Source: Treponema sp.
Lineage (GTDB): Bacteria > Spirochaetota > Spirochaetia > Treponematales > Rectinemataceae
DNA length: 58,918 nt
Direction: 5' to 3'
NCBI GenBank assembly: GCA_012516755.1
Contig: JAAYWE010000162.1
Span: 1-58,918 of the forward strand
Position numbers and translations under genes: made by a program. Positions within the stretch are counted from its first letter, which is position 1, and every line of letters begins with the position of its first letter. Shown here piece by piece: positions 29,099 through 37,799 of the stretch. The notes under the pieces were generated by a model. It saw nothing but the letters and a program-made list of their open reading frames with translations. It searched no databases and had not been told where the DNA came from.

Positions 29099-29170
29099 AG
29101 CGGGAAACGGGGATTGGACCCGCGACATCCACCTTGGCAAGGTGACGCTCTACCACTGAGCTATTCCCGC
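29099..29170 (-). tRNA. tRNA-Gly(GCC)
   Basis: GCGGGAATAGCTCAGTGGTAGAGCGTCACCTTGCCAAGGTG...TTCCCGCT; U73 discriminator; atypical T loop. Confidence 0.93.
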
Positions 29171-29241
29171 ATGCATTAAGGCCATATTTATACAGCCGAC
29201 GCTATTTTGGACCAGCAACGCCTTTCGTTAGGAAAGTATCC

Positions 29242-29322
29242 TGCGAGAGAAGGGACTTGAACCCTTACGCCTGAAGGCACCAGATCCTAAGTCTGGCGTG
29301 TCTGCCGTTCCACCACTCTCGC
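29242..29322 (-). tRNA. tRNA-Leu(UAG)
   Basis: GCGAGAG/CTCTCGC acceptor, CCAGA-CTTAGGA-TCTGG anticodon arm, long variable arm. Confidence 0.95.
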
Positions 29323-29339
29323 ATTTTCATGCGAGGCGC

Positions 29340-29368
29340 ATACTAACGGAAGCACGCTTCTTCGTCAA
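29340..29368 (-). promoter_or_regulatory. Internal sigma70 promoter for tRNA-Leu/Gly
   Basis: TTGACG-17-TAGTAT on the minus strand, just upstream of tRNA-Leu. Confidence 0.6.
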
Positions 29369-29401
29369 GGCCCGAAATCAATTGAGAGATTTCCGCCTTT
29401 A

Positions 29402-29474
29402 TGAGCCGCGAAGGTTTCGAACCTTCGACCCGCAGATTAAGAGTCTGCTGCTCTGCCAGCTGAGCTAGCGGCCC
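29402..29474 (-). tRNA. tRNA-Lys(CUU)
   Basis: GGGCCGCTAGCTCAG...GCAGA-CTCTTAA-TCTGC...GGTTCGAAACC. Confidence 0.95.
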
Positions 29475-29488
29475 ATGCATGGAAAAAA

Positions 29489-29562
29489 TGCGTCCGGCAG
29501 GACTCGAACCTGCGGCCTACGGATTCGAAGTCCGTCGCTCTATCCAGCTGAGCTACGAACGC
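29489..29562 (-). tRNA. tRNA-Arg(UCG)
   Basis: GCGTTCGTAGCTCAGCTGGATAGAGC, ACGGA-CTTCGAA-TCCGT anticodon arm. Confidence 0.95.
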
Positions 29563-29604
29563 GCTTTCATCCTTAGCCCAAAGACCGGGATGCTATCGGG
29601 CTCG

Positions 29605-29678
29605 GGTGGGTGATGGGAATCGAACCCACGACAACCAGATCCACAGTCTGGCACTCTACCACCTGAGCTACACCCACC
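29605..29678 (-). tRNA. tRNA-His(GUG)
   Basis: G-1:C73 pair, GTGGGTG/CACCCAC acceptor, CCAGA-CTGTGGA-TCTGG anticodon arm. Confidence 0.95.
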
Positions 29679-29735
29679 GTGTAATTGGCGAAGATTACAA
29701 TGCCGAAATAAATCAAGACTGTCAAGAGGGATTAT

Positions 29736-30611
29736 TCACCAATAGGAGTATACATATTTCAAATATTTCCTAGCGCTTTCAGTCATCTCGTGCATGGTCT
29801 CCGGAGAAAGTGGCGCCTTAGTATATTTCCAGGCTGGATGGTATCTAGTGATATGGAGAGGTATCTCCTGCGAAAGCGAAGCTATAAAACTGGAGATCTC
29901 TTCGATTTGTGCGGATGAATCGAGAACACCGGGAACGGCGAGAGATGTAATTTCGATATGACAGAGTTGTACAGAAACTCTTATGAAATTTTGTACAACC
30001 TTTAATTCTCCGCCAAGCAATCTTCGATAGATGAGAGGATCGGCGGTTTTTAAGTCGATGTTCGCAGCATCCGTGTGGGCTAGGATATGTCGAGCTGGCT
30101 CATCTAGCGCATTTCCATTTGTTACCAGGATCGTTTTTAAACCTCGGCTATGTGCTATCTGCATTGCTTCTATGACATATTCGATGTGCAACAGAGGCTC
30201 GGAATAGGTAAAGCTTATTGATGGGCAACCAGATGCCATAGCGAGTTCTATCAGTCGATCTGGTTCGATGATTTCTTCTTGAATATATGCAGGTTGAGGA
30301 TGAGCAATTTCCCAGTTCTGACAAAATGGGCAATCCATTGTGCAGTTCCAGAATCCCACAGAATATGTCGAGGTTCCTGGCATGAAATGCCTTAGGGGTT
30401 TCTTCTCGATAGGATCTATTGCGGCGGAAGAAATCCATGCATAAAAAGGAAGAATCATTTTTCCAGATCGATTTTGGCGCGCACTACAATGCCCTTTTGA
30501 TCCATCTTGAATGATGCATGCATGAGCACATAGAGTACATTGTATTCTTGAGTTGTCTAAGCTTCTCCAGTATCTCGCCTTATCTGCGGAAAGTCTGTTG
30601 TATGTCATCAA
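29736..30611 (-). CDS. amrS: AmmeMemoRadiSam system radical SAM enzyme
   Basis: N-terminal C..C...C......G.C..R, DPIEKKPL.HF.PG, CTMDCPFCQNWEI, FTYSEP, NIDLK. Confidence 0.88.
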   Translation of the reverse strand: MMTYNRLSADKARYWRSLDNSRIQCTLCAHACIIQDGSKGHCSARQNRSGKMILPFYAWISSAAIDPIEKKPLRHFMPGTSTYSVGFWNCTMDCPFCQNWEIAHPQPAYIQEEIIEPDRLIELAMASGCPSISFTYSEPLLHIEYVIEAMQIAHSRGLKTILVTNGNALDEPARHILAHTDAANIDLKTADPLIYRRLLGGELKVVQNFIRVSVQLCHIEITSLAVPGVLDSSAQIEEISSFIASLSQEIPLHITRYHPAWKYTKAPLSPETMHEMTESARKYLKYVYSYW

Positions 30612-31015
30612 TCTCCCTTGCTAAGAAGCCTTGATATGCTGTGAGTATCAAAAGGTCTGTATTCTTTATCATTAACTTCGAACGGTTCGAATCGCACGGC
30701 AATTGCTCGCCGCCTTATCCATATACGAAATGTGCTGATCGCAGTACCGTTGAGGTCAATGGTTGAGGGAAGCTCGTCCAGAGCCTGCACATCGCGGGTC
30801 TTGACCTCGATAATCTCGCCTTCTTTAAACCAAGCCATGTTTTTTTGTTCATGCAGCAAGAGTATGAGAAATTTCTCTTTATCATAGGGGTGTTTTTTTA
30901 TGGAGCCTACGAATGGAACAGCATCAAAGGCGGGATGTTCTCGATATTTTACAATATCAGATACATCCTCAAGCATCTCTAAATCCTCTGCGTCAAAATA
31001 ACTAGAAATACTCAA
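30608..31015 (-). CDS. Conserved hypothetical protein (GS.KKHPYD..K motif)
   Basis: TTG start with GGAGG SD; overlaps amrS by 4 nt (ATGA). Confidence 0.7.
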   Translation of the reverse strand: MSISSYFDAEDLEMLEDVSDIVKYREHPAFDAVPFVGSIKKHPYDKEKFLILLLHEQKNMAWFKEGEIIEVKTRDVQALDELPSTIDLNGTAISTFRIWIRRRAIAVRFEPFEVNDKEYRPFDTHSISRLLSKGD

Positions 31016-31045
31016 GGTAATCCTCCATAGTGATTCTGTTTAATA

Positions 31046-32716
31046 TTATAAATGATTTATGTCCTTTTGTATTACATAATTTTTCCTTTTTGTATCTAGA
31101 ATCGCCCAGATAAAAAGCAGCCCAACGAAAGCAGTACAAGCCCAGGCAAACCAGTCTCCAAAAATCAGATAGAAAGTAAAATGAGATTCATAAATAGGAA
31201 CATCCACCACCATAGAAGTGGTAATAAACTGAGCCAATTCAGCAATATTCTTTCCGTCTGCGCCTACCACACAGGTGACTCCAGAGTTAGTCGAGCGCAC
31301 AAGTGCTCGCCTTGTCTCTATTGCTCTAAGCCGTGCGACAGCATAATGCTGAATCTGAGCACTCTCAGTTCGAGACCATGAATCGTTTGTCAGATTTATC
31401 AACAAATCCGCGCCTCGATGAATGAAATTTCTACATAGTTCGGAGAAGGCATCCTCGAAGCATATAGGCGTAGCAAATCTAATGGTAGACAAGCTGCCCA
31501 TTTCATCAAAACTATGGCCTTTCTCTTCGGAGCTCAGTGTAAAGATTACTTCTTCTCTTCCCATTACCCAGCCGCTTTCAAGTCCGATTACATTTTGAAT
31601 AAAGGAGCGAAACCAAGAGAATTCCCAGAAAGGAATGGCTTCTGCGAAAGGTACAGGATGTATTTTCGCATAAGTTTCACCCATTCTACCTGTGGGGTAA
31701 ATAATACCTACTGAATTGGATGCCTCATATGTTTCCCAATTCCAGACCACCGGAAGACCGGTCAGCAATGGAATGTCAGCGATCCGAAGGAAGGGCAATA
31801 GAGGTTCTTCGGGAGGATTCTCCTCAAACCAGGATTTGAACTCCTTGTAAGGCCGCCTCAAGCTAGTTTCGCTGAATACTATGAGATCGGGCTTGGCGCT
31901 TTTTTCTTCCTGAATTGATTTCAAAGCCTGTTTAGCTACTCTTATATTCGCGTATAGCGCTTCATTCTCTCCAGATGTCCATGGATCTGTATTCTGTTGG
32001 CAGAGCAGAAGCCGCAATGTTCCCCTGATAGGAAAAGGCCGAGACATTATCAAAGCACCATAGAGAAGTAATATCAAAGCCCATGTAGCGGCGGTTATTT
32101 CAGGCCAGCGAATACAACTCCTTACGGAGTCCATTTTTCTTGTTTTCTGCAAGATAAGTTCTGAGGTTGCCGATGAACAAAAAGCCAAGAAGGCAGAAAT
32201 GCCGTAGACACCCCAGAGGTCGGCCGTCTGCAGCATAATCGGAAGCCCAGTAAATGAGTAAGCCAAAAGTCCCCAAGGATATCCCAAAAAGCCAGTCGAT
32301 TTTGCAAACTCGAGAGCTGCCCATGCCAGAGCGAATACAAGAGGCCTGCAGCCATCTGTGTGATGCAAGAGAAAACACCCATACATAAGGGCTACTCCAT
32401 ATATTACCGCATAAGCGATAGTTGTAGTCCCCAGGGTCCAAAATGCAAAGTCCTTATAGAAAAAGAGCCAATAGCTTGTCAGTGCATGATAGAGTCCTCC
32501 AAATAGAGCACCAATCAGGCTTGCTTCTCCGAGTTTCTCTGTATCAACAAGTGCCATATAGAGTGGCACAAGGCAAAAGATGCCGATAAACCAATTCCCA
32601 TACAAGAATATCTCGTTGGGCTGAGCAAGTGCGGCAAATATGGCGGCTAAAAATGCCCATAGCAAGCGAATCCAAAAAGGCGTTGAATTATTTTTAAGAT
32701 TTCCGAGCCTTGGCAT
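31046..32716 (-). CDS. lnt: Apolipoprotein N-acyltransferase; start uncertain
   Basis: Multi-TM N-terminus, GYPWG, FSET, K..PVPFAE, ICFED, NLTNDSW, RSTNSG. Confidence 0.92.
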   Translation of the reverse strand: MPRLGNLKNNSTPFWIRLLWAFLAAIFAALAQPNEIFLYGNWFIGIFCLVPLYMALVDTEKLGEASLIGALFGGLYHALTSYWLFFYKDFAFWTLGTTTIAYAVIYGVALMYGCFLLHHTDGCRPLVFALAWAALEFAKSTGFLGYPWGLLAYSFTGLPIMLQTADLWGVYGISAFLAFCSSATSELILQKTRKMDSVRSCIRWPEITAATWALILLLYGALIMSRPFPIRGTLRLLLCQQNTDPWTSGENEALYANIRVAKQALKSIQEEKSAKPDLIVFSETSLRRPYKEFKSWFEENPPEEPLLPFLRIADIPLLTGLPVVWNWETYEASNSVGIIYPTGRMGETYAKIHPVPFAEAIPFWEFSWFRSFIQNVIGLESGWVMGREEVIFTLSSEEKGHSFDEMGSLSTIRFATPICFEDAFSELCRNFIHRGADLLINLTNDSWSRTESAQIQHYAVARLRAIETRRALVRSTNSGVTCVVGADGKNIAELAQFITTSMVVDVPIYESHFTFYLIFGDWFAWACTAFVGLLFIWAILDTKRKNYVIQKDINHL

Positions 32717-32812
32717 ATTCTGTCGGTACAGTCCTTTGACTAGCTCATTCATAATGAAATTAGTATAAGCCAAAGATCTCTTTGGCTAAAGAGCAAGGGC
32801 AAATTCTTTCCA

Positions 32813-32842
32813 TTGACTGTTGGAGCAGAACTGCATTAAATT
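32813..32842 (+). promoter_or_regulatory. Putative promoter of coaD, possibly leaderless
   Basis: TTGACT-18-TAAATT, then 7 nt, then ATG 32850; no SD. Confidence 0.45.
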
Positions 32843-32849
32843 AAAGACC

Positions 32850-33347
32850 ATGCCAAATGCGGTCTTTGCAGGAAGCTTTGATCCTCCGACATCAGGCCAT
32901 CTCGATGTGATCGAGAGTGCCCTTAGCATATTCGACGGGCTTTATGTCGTCTTGGCCATCAACCCCGAAAAAGATGGATTGTTCACTATTGATGAGCGTA
33001 TCGAAATGCTCAATGCCATGAACAGATTCGGTGAACAAATGAAGGTGTGCAAATGGGATGGCCTGGTAACCGATTTTGCTCGTAAACATGGATGCTCTGT
33101 GCTCGTGCGCGGACTCCGCAATGCTGCCGAGTTGCCCTATGAGACCACTATGGCTTACATGAACCAAAGACTTGACCCTTCCATAAAGACAGTTTTTTTC
33201 CTCTATGATGCTAAGCATGTGGATATAAGCTCAACACTTGTGCGCGATCTCGTAACACATAACAGGCTTCCTGATGATATCGTACCACAAGAAGTTGAAA
33301 AGGTTCTTAGGCAAATTTTGCAGAGAAGAGGGTGCCCTCTTTCATAA
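32850..33347 (+). CDS. coaD: Phosphopantetheine adenylyltransferase
   Basis: GSFDPPTSGHLD, VRGLR, ISSTLVR. Confidence 0.95.
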   Translation: MPNAVFAGSFDPPTSGHLDVIESALSIFDGLYVVLAINPEKDGLFTIDERIEMLNAMNRFGEQMKVCKWDGLVTDFARKHGCSVLVRGLRNAAELPYETTMAYMNQRLDPSIKTVFFLYDAKHVDISSTLVRDLVTHNRLPDDIVPQEVEKVLRQILQRRGCPLS

Positions 33348-33391
33348 CTTGCACAAATGATATATGTTTAACCACTGCAAGCATGTCTATC

Positions 33392-33420
33392 TTGACATTT
33401 TCTCACATTTTGTATAATTT
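33392..33420 (+). promoter_or_regulatory. Sigma70 promoter of rpmF-acpP-rnc
   Basis: TTGACA followed by TATAAT (15-bp spacer) or the overlapping TAATTT (17-bp spacer). Confidence 0.6.
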
Positions 33421-33466
33421 GGCATGCAATTATCGTGCCGATATTGAATGATTATGAGGTTCTACT

Positions 33467-33652
33467 ATGGCTGTACCGAAATTCAGGACGTCTAAAGCAA
33501 GAACGAGAAGACGCCGCTCTATCAACATGAAACTAAGCGCACCAACTGTCGTACATTGCAGTAATTGTGGCAACCCGGTGATGTTGCATAGGGTTTGCCC
33601 AAAATGCGGTTTTTACAGGGGTCGTCAAGTCATTACCCCTGAATCTAAATAA
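33467..33652 (+). CDS. rpmF: 50S ribosomal protein L32 (Zn-ribbon form)
   Basis: MAVPK..TSKAR..RRR, CSNCG...HRVCPKCGFY. Confidence 0.97.
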   Translation: MAVPKFRTSKARTRRRRSINMKLSAPTVVHCSNCGNPVMLHRVCPKCGFYRGRQVITPESK

Positions 33653-33663
33653 GGAGTCTCCCA

Positions 33664-33900
33664 ATGGATGAGCTGTTTGAGAAGATTAAGAAGATTATTG
33701 CTGACAAGCTCGAAGTAGATGAAAGCAAGATCACAATGGATGCAAGTTTCCGCCAGGATCTTGGTGCAGATTCTCTAGACACCTATGAGCTCGTATATGG
33801 TATCGAAGAGGAACTGGGTATTCAGATTCCAGATGAGAAGGCGAATGAATTTGAAACCGTAAAAGATGCCTATGAGTTCATAAAGACCCAGGTAAAATAA
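33664..33900 (+). CDS. acpP: Acyl carrier protein
   Basis: DLGADSLD phosphopantetheine site. Confidence 0.97.
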   Translation: MDELFEKIKKIIADKLEVDESKITMDASFRQDLGADSLDTYELVYGIEEELGIQIPDEKANEFETVKDAYEFIKTQVK

Positions 33901-33913
33901 GACATTCTAAGGC

Positions 33914-34723
33914 GTGAGACGAAAAGATCACTTACCATCAAACAACAGGCTGGAGATTTCGTCTTCACGCCGCAGTGCTCTACTGCGCTTCCAGAGAGCC
34001 ACAGATATTTCTTTTCATGATATAACACTCCTTGATATAGCCCTTACGCACAGCTCCTCAGTAAACGAAAAATCTCCATATATACAGGACAATGAACGCT
34101 TAGAATTCCTGGGTGATAGTGTTTTAAATCTATGCATATCTCATATCTTATATGAAAGTTTGCCTGACAATGATGAAGGCGAATTAGCCCATATGAAGAA
34201 TGTCTTGGTATCGGAAACTTCTCTAGCATCAATCGCAATATCTCTCGGTATTGGGGAATTTCTTATCCTTGGGAAGGGAGAAGAGATGAGTGGAGGGCGA
34301 AGAAAGCCAGCTATTCTAGCCGATGCTACAGAAGCACTTCTTGGTGCTTACTACCTGGATAGTGGAATACAATCTACTAAGGAAATTGTTTCCAGGATCT
34401 TTAGTAGCAAGATTGATGAGCTCCGAAAAACACCAAGCAAGGACTTCAAATCAATAATTCAAGAATATGCTCAAAAGCGTGGACTAGAAATTCCTTCCTA
34501 TAGGGTTGCGAGAATCGAAGGGCCAGACCATGCTCGGCATTTTTTTGTCTCCTGTGTTATAGATGGGGAAACCTTTGGCCCTATGGAAGGAATGTCAAAA
34601 AAAGAGGCCGAGCAGCGAGTCGCTCAGCATATATTTGAGGTATTACATAAACGAGATGCAGAGACTGCCAGACTCTTAGACATCGTGACAAAAGGCAGCA
34701 CAGAGATCGATGAGAAGATATAG
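33914..34723 (+). CDS. rnc: Ribonuclease III
   Basis: NERLEFLGDSVL, ADATEALLGA, C-terminal dsRBD (SKKEAEQ). Confidence 0.96.
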   Translation: MRRKDHLPSNNRLEISSSRRSALLRFQRATDISFHDITLLDIALTHSSSVNEKSPYIQDNERLEFLGDSVLNLCISHILYESLPDNDEGELAHMKNVLVSETSLASIAISLGIGEFLILGKGEEMSGGRRKPAILADATEALLGAYYLDSGIQSTKEIVSRIFSSKIDELRKTPSKDFKSIIQEYAQKRGLEIPSYRVARIEGPDHARHFFVSCVIDGETFGPMEGMSKKEAEQRVAQHIFEVLHKRDAETARLLDIVTKGSTEIDEKI

Positions 34724-34735
34724 AGAGTCGATCTC

Positions 34736-36109
34736 TTATTTGAATCCTTCAAAATATCTGCCTTTTGCTATTTCTAGGAGCTTTTCTTTGGTGTTCAAAG
34801 ATGGGTCTTCGAGCACATTATCTAAGAGCTCGGATAGAACTTCTCCCATTTGTTTGGCGCGCGGAATCCCAATTTTTGCGAGATCTTCTCCATTTATTGC
34901 CAGATCTTTGAGCGAAAGAGCCTGTTTTTCTTCCAGAATTCGATCTATTCTCTCTCGGAATTCTGCTAGAGCAGGCCAGGATATGGGTTTCCCTGTAGTT
35001 GCCATTGTATCGGCTAATCTAAGCGTAAACAGATCGGGAATCGAGGAGAATCCTACGCGAGCGACAAATCTACGTATCGCTGCATCTGTCCAACCTGGTT
35101 CATAATTGAACATATGATAACGCACAAGGTGACAGACCTTATCGATAACTCGATTTGGATACTTGAGTCGTAGAAGAATTTGCCTTGCAATTTTCTCTGA
35201 TTCTATTTCATGTCGATAAAAGCTTATTTTCCCATTTTCAGCTCGATAACATGCAGGTTTGCCAATATCGTGAAAAAGGGCTGAAAGACGAAGGATAAGG
35301 ACCTTGTCTTCGCTTAGATTATCTGGAATGACAGCATCCACGGTCGAAAGCAGGTGATTATAGACATCCTGTTCTCCATGATCAGGTTGAGAAATTCCTT
35401 TGCATATTTCTAATTCCGGGATTATTTCCTTTATCAGGTTCGTATCCGAAAGAAGTCGAAGGCCAACCGAAGGCTTTGCAGTCAATAAGATCTTGGAAAA
35501 CTCATCGCGAATTCTCTCTGTGGAAATTTTCGAGAGAGTGTCCGAACACTTAGCTATGGCAACAAGGGTATTGGGTTCAATGGCAAACTCGAGTTGAGCA
35601 GAAAAGCGTATTGCGCGTACTGTTCTAAGACCATCCTCCTGAAATCGTTCCATTGGATTGCCCACTGCGCGAATAATTTTATCTTTCAGGTCCTTTTCTC
35701 CGTCAAATGGATCAATGAATGCATTGCACATCAGATCGATGGCCATCGCGTTAATGGTGAAATCCCTTCTTGAGAGGTCCTGGGTTATGTCATCGACAAA
35801 GGTGACGCTATCGGGGTGTCTGCCATCAGAATAGGCAGCTTCTTTTCGAAGCGTTGTTATTTCCACCTTATATCTACGTGAACGAGGAACAATAGTTATG
35901 GTGCCATGTTTTATACCGGTAGGTATGGCAAAAGGGAATAAACTCATGCATTCTTCGGGTGTTGCATCGGTCGCGATATCGTAATCCATAACGGGCTTTC
36001 TAAGAAATGCATCGCGGACAGCACCACCGACCAGGAATGCCTTTTTACCACTTTGGATTATTCTGTCTGCGATTCTGCGAACCTCTGGATCGATACTAGG
36101 GATTATCAT
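34736..36109 (-). CDS. cca: CCA tRNA nucleotidyltransferase with HD domain
   Basis: VGGAVRD, DYD, RRDFTINAMA, EDGLRTVRA.RF, ERI..E, LFHDIGK. Confidence 0.88.
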   Translation of the reverse strand: MIIPSIDPEVRRIADRIIQSGKKAFLVGGAVRDAFLRKPVMDYDIATDATPEECMSLFPFAIPTGIKHGTITIVPRSRRYKVEITTLRKEAAYSDGRHPDSVTFVDDITQDLSRRDFTINAMAIDLMCNAFIDPFDGEKDLKDKIIRAVGNPMERFQEDGLRTVRAIRFSAQLEFAIEPNTLVAIAKCSDTLSKISTERIRDEFSKILLTAKPSVGLRLLSDTNLIKEIIPELEICKGISQPDHGEQDVYNHLLSTVDAVIPDNLSEDKVLILRLSALFHDIGKPACYRAENGKISFYRHEIESEKIARQILLRLKYPNRVIDKVCHLVRYHMFNYEPGWTDAAIRRFVARVGFSSIPDLFTLRLADTMATTGKPISWPALAEFRERIDRILEEKQALSLKDLAINGEDLAKIGIPRAKQMGEVLSELLDNVLEDPSLNTKEKLLEIAKGRYFEGFK

Positions 36110-36164
36110 ATCTTCCTTTGGAGTGTATCTTAGGCTTCAGCTTTATGTCTATGAGGAAACTGAT

Positions 36165-36806
36165 ATGAAAGCTCTTATTGTAACTGGTGGCGATAATCCT
36201 CCCTCATCCATAATTTGGTGCCTTTCCAAGAAAGCCGATATCGTAATAGCCGCAGATGCCGGACTTGAGGTATGCAAAATAGCCAATATAGAGCCTCATC
36301 TAGCTGTGGGAGATTTTGACAGTGTGGATCCAGCAATACTATCTCAGGTTTCACCGGAGAAGATTCTTCGTTTTCCGGAAGAAAAGGATCGTTCTGATAC
36401 CGAGCTAGCAATCGAAGCAGCGCATCGTTACGGAGCAAAATACATAATCCTCGCCGGAGCTGGAGCAGGGCGTCTTGATCATCTGCTCGCAGTTAGAGCT
36501 CTTTTCGAGCGCAACGACCCTATCAAAGAGTGGCATACAGCACACGAGAGTGTTTTTCTCGTTGCTCGAGGGCTTAGGCTGCAGGCCTCAATGTCAATTA
36601 ATAGTATCGTTTCTGTCTTTCCTGTCTCCGGAGGAGCCTCTGGCATGCTATCTAAAGGACTCAAATGGCCCTTAGATGGCTTGAAGTGGAAGCGCGGCGA
36701 ATTTGGCCTAAGCAACAAGACAATCTCCGAAGAAATAGAGATCTATTCTGGTGAGAATTCAATTCTCGTAATTCTACCTCTTGGTTCCAAAGTGTCTGTC
36801 TCATAG
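36165..36806 (+). CDS. thiN: Thiamine diphosphokinase
   Basis: AADAG, GDFDS, EKD.SDTELA, GRLDH, GLKWPL, GLSN. Confidence 0.93.
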   Translation: MKALIVTGGDNPPSSIIWCLSKKADIVIAADAGLEVCKIANIEPHLAVGDFDSVDPAILSQVSPEKILRFPEEKDRSDTELAIEAAHRYGAKYIILAGAGAGRLDHLLAVRALFERNDPIKEWHTAHESVFLVARGLRLQASMSINSIVSVFPVSGGASGMLSKGLKWPLDGLKWKRGEFGLSNKTISEEIEIYSGENSILVILPLGSKVSVS

Positions 36807-37289
36807 AATTGCTAGATTCCCGAATATTTCTCTTAACTGCAGGAGGGTATCTTTTGGATCCTGGACTAGGACGCGAGATCCAGCTATGAGCTCCACAATG
36901 CCTATTTCTCGCGGATAACGAGGTATAATATGCATGTGTAAATGTTCTATGCTGGCTCCTGCAGATAAGCCCATATTGTATCCAATGTTATAGGCAGAGG
37001 GGCTCCCGAATTTATCGAGCGCTTTTAGACATGTTTTGACTAATCTATCTAGTTCTCTCTCTTCGTCATCAGTGTATTCCCTTATATCCACAATATGTCT
37101 TTTGGGAAAGACTATCAGATGCCCTGGATTATAAGGGTAAAGATTAATGGATACAATGAAATGCTCAGTCTCATCTACTATGAGTTTTTCCACTTCTTTA
37201 GAATCGTCGCGGACAAGACAGAGTATACAGCCTTTTGGTCTTCTACCTTGTAGATAACCAATTTTGTTGAAGTTAAAGAGATATTCCAT
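36801..37289 (-). CDS. HIT family hydrolase (Ap4A phosphorylase/Fhit-like)
   Basis: CILC, NLYPYNPGHL, AGASIEHLHMHIIPR. Confidence 0.9.
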   Translation of the reverse strand: MEYLFNFNKIGYLQGRRPKGCILCLVRDDSKEVEKLIVDETEHFIVSINLYPYNPGHLIVFPKRHIVDIREYTDDEERELDRLVKTCLKALDKFGSPSAYNIGYNMGLSAGASIEHLHMHIIPRYPREIGIVELIAGSRVLVQDPKDTLLQLREIFGNLAIL

Positions 37290-37313
37290 ATGGAAGTATG
37301 ATATATTAGCATT

Positions 37314-37661
37314 ATGGAAAACAAAAGCGGCTCGCAATTACAATCCGCTTTTATACCGACTCTTAAGCGGTTTCTAGATTATACCGTGGTTTTTAGTATC
37401 ATCTTTTTGATAAGTAGTTTCGTTGTGCTTTTCTTTGGCGGAATTAGTGAATATAAATGGATTTGGCGATCAATATATGAAATATGCAATATGCTTCTTC
37501 TAAGTGTGAGTCTCTTCAATATGACAAGCATGGTAGGCTTAAGGATAGCTGGGAAGGATCGTTTCTCTATTGGGCGTTTTATTCTTCAGCTCCTTCTCTT
37601 TGTTTTTGCAGTAGCAGCTCTAATGCTGAATATTTTCGTAAAAATCACCCGAATCTGTTGA
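37314..37661 (+). CDS. Hypothetical membrane protein (about 3 TM)
   Basis: Three hydrophobic segments; fills the gap divergent from the HIT gene. Confidence 0.6.
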   Translation: MENKSGSQLQSAFIPTLKRFLDYTVVFSIIFLISSFVVLFFGGISEYKWIWRSIYEICNMLLLSVSLFNMTSMVGLRIAGKDRFSIGRFILQLLLFVFAVAALMLNIFVKITRIC

Positions 37662-37714
37662 ATTTTGGTTGCCAGATGGATTTTGCGACTATTGGAGCTG
37701 ATTGTCTTTAATTC

Positions 37715-37743
37715 TTGCATAGAAAGAGATGGAAATGTATAGT
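37715..37743 (+). promoter_or_regulatory. Sigma70 promoter of gltX
   Basis: TTGCAT-17-TATAGT; AGGAGG SD before gltX. Confidence 0.6.
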
Positions 37744-37799
37744 AATTCAAATCTATGCAATGTTAAGGAATTTTCAGCAGAGATTGATCAGGAGGAATA

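Noticed and set aside
29099-29678. tRNA cluster as an integration site
   Set aside because: No integrase, no duplicated tRNA 3' end and no foreign-looking cargo nearby
30608-31015. 'Inorganic pyrophosphatase' label that I recall on similar proteins
   Set aside because: No family I PPase D-(S/G/N)-D-P-x-D motif or DHH motif is present
37662-37799. T-box leader before gltX (also checked before glnS, glyQS and tyrS)
   Set aside because: No TGGNACC T-box motif, and the leaders are too short
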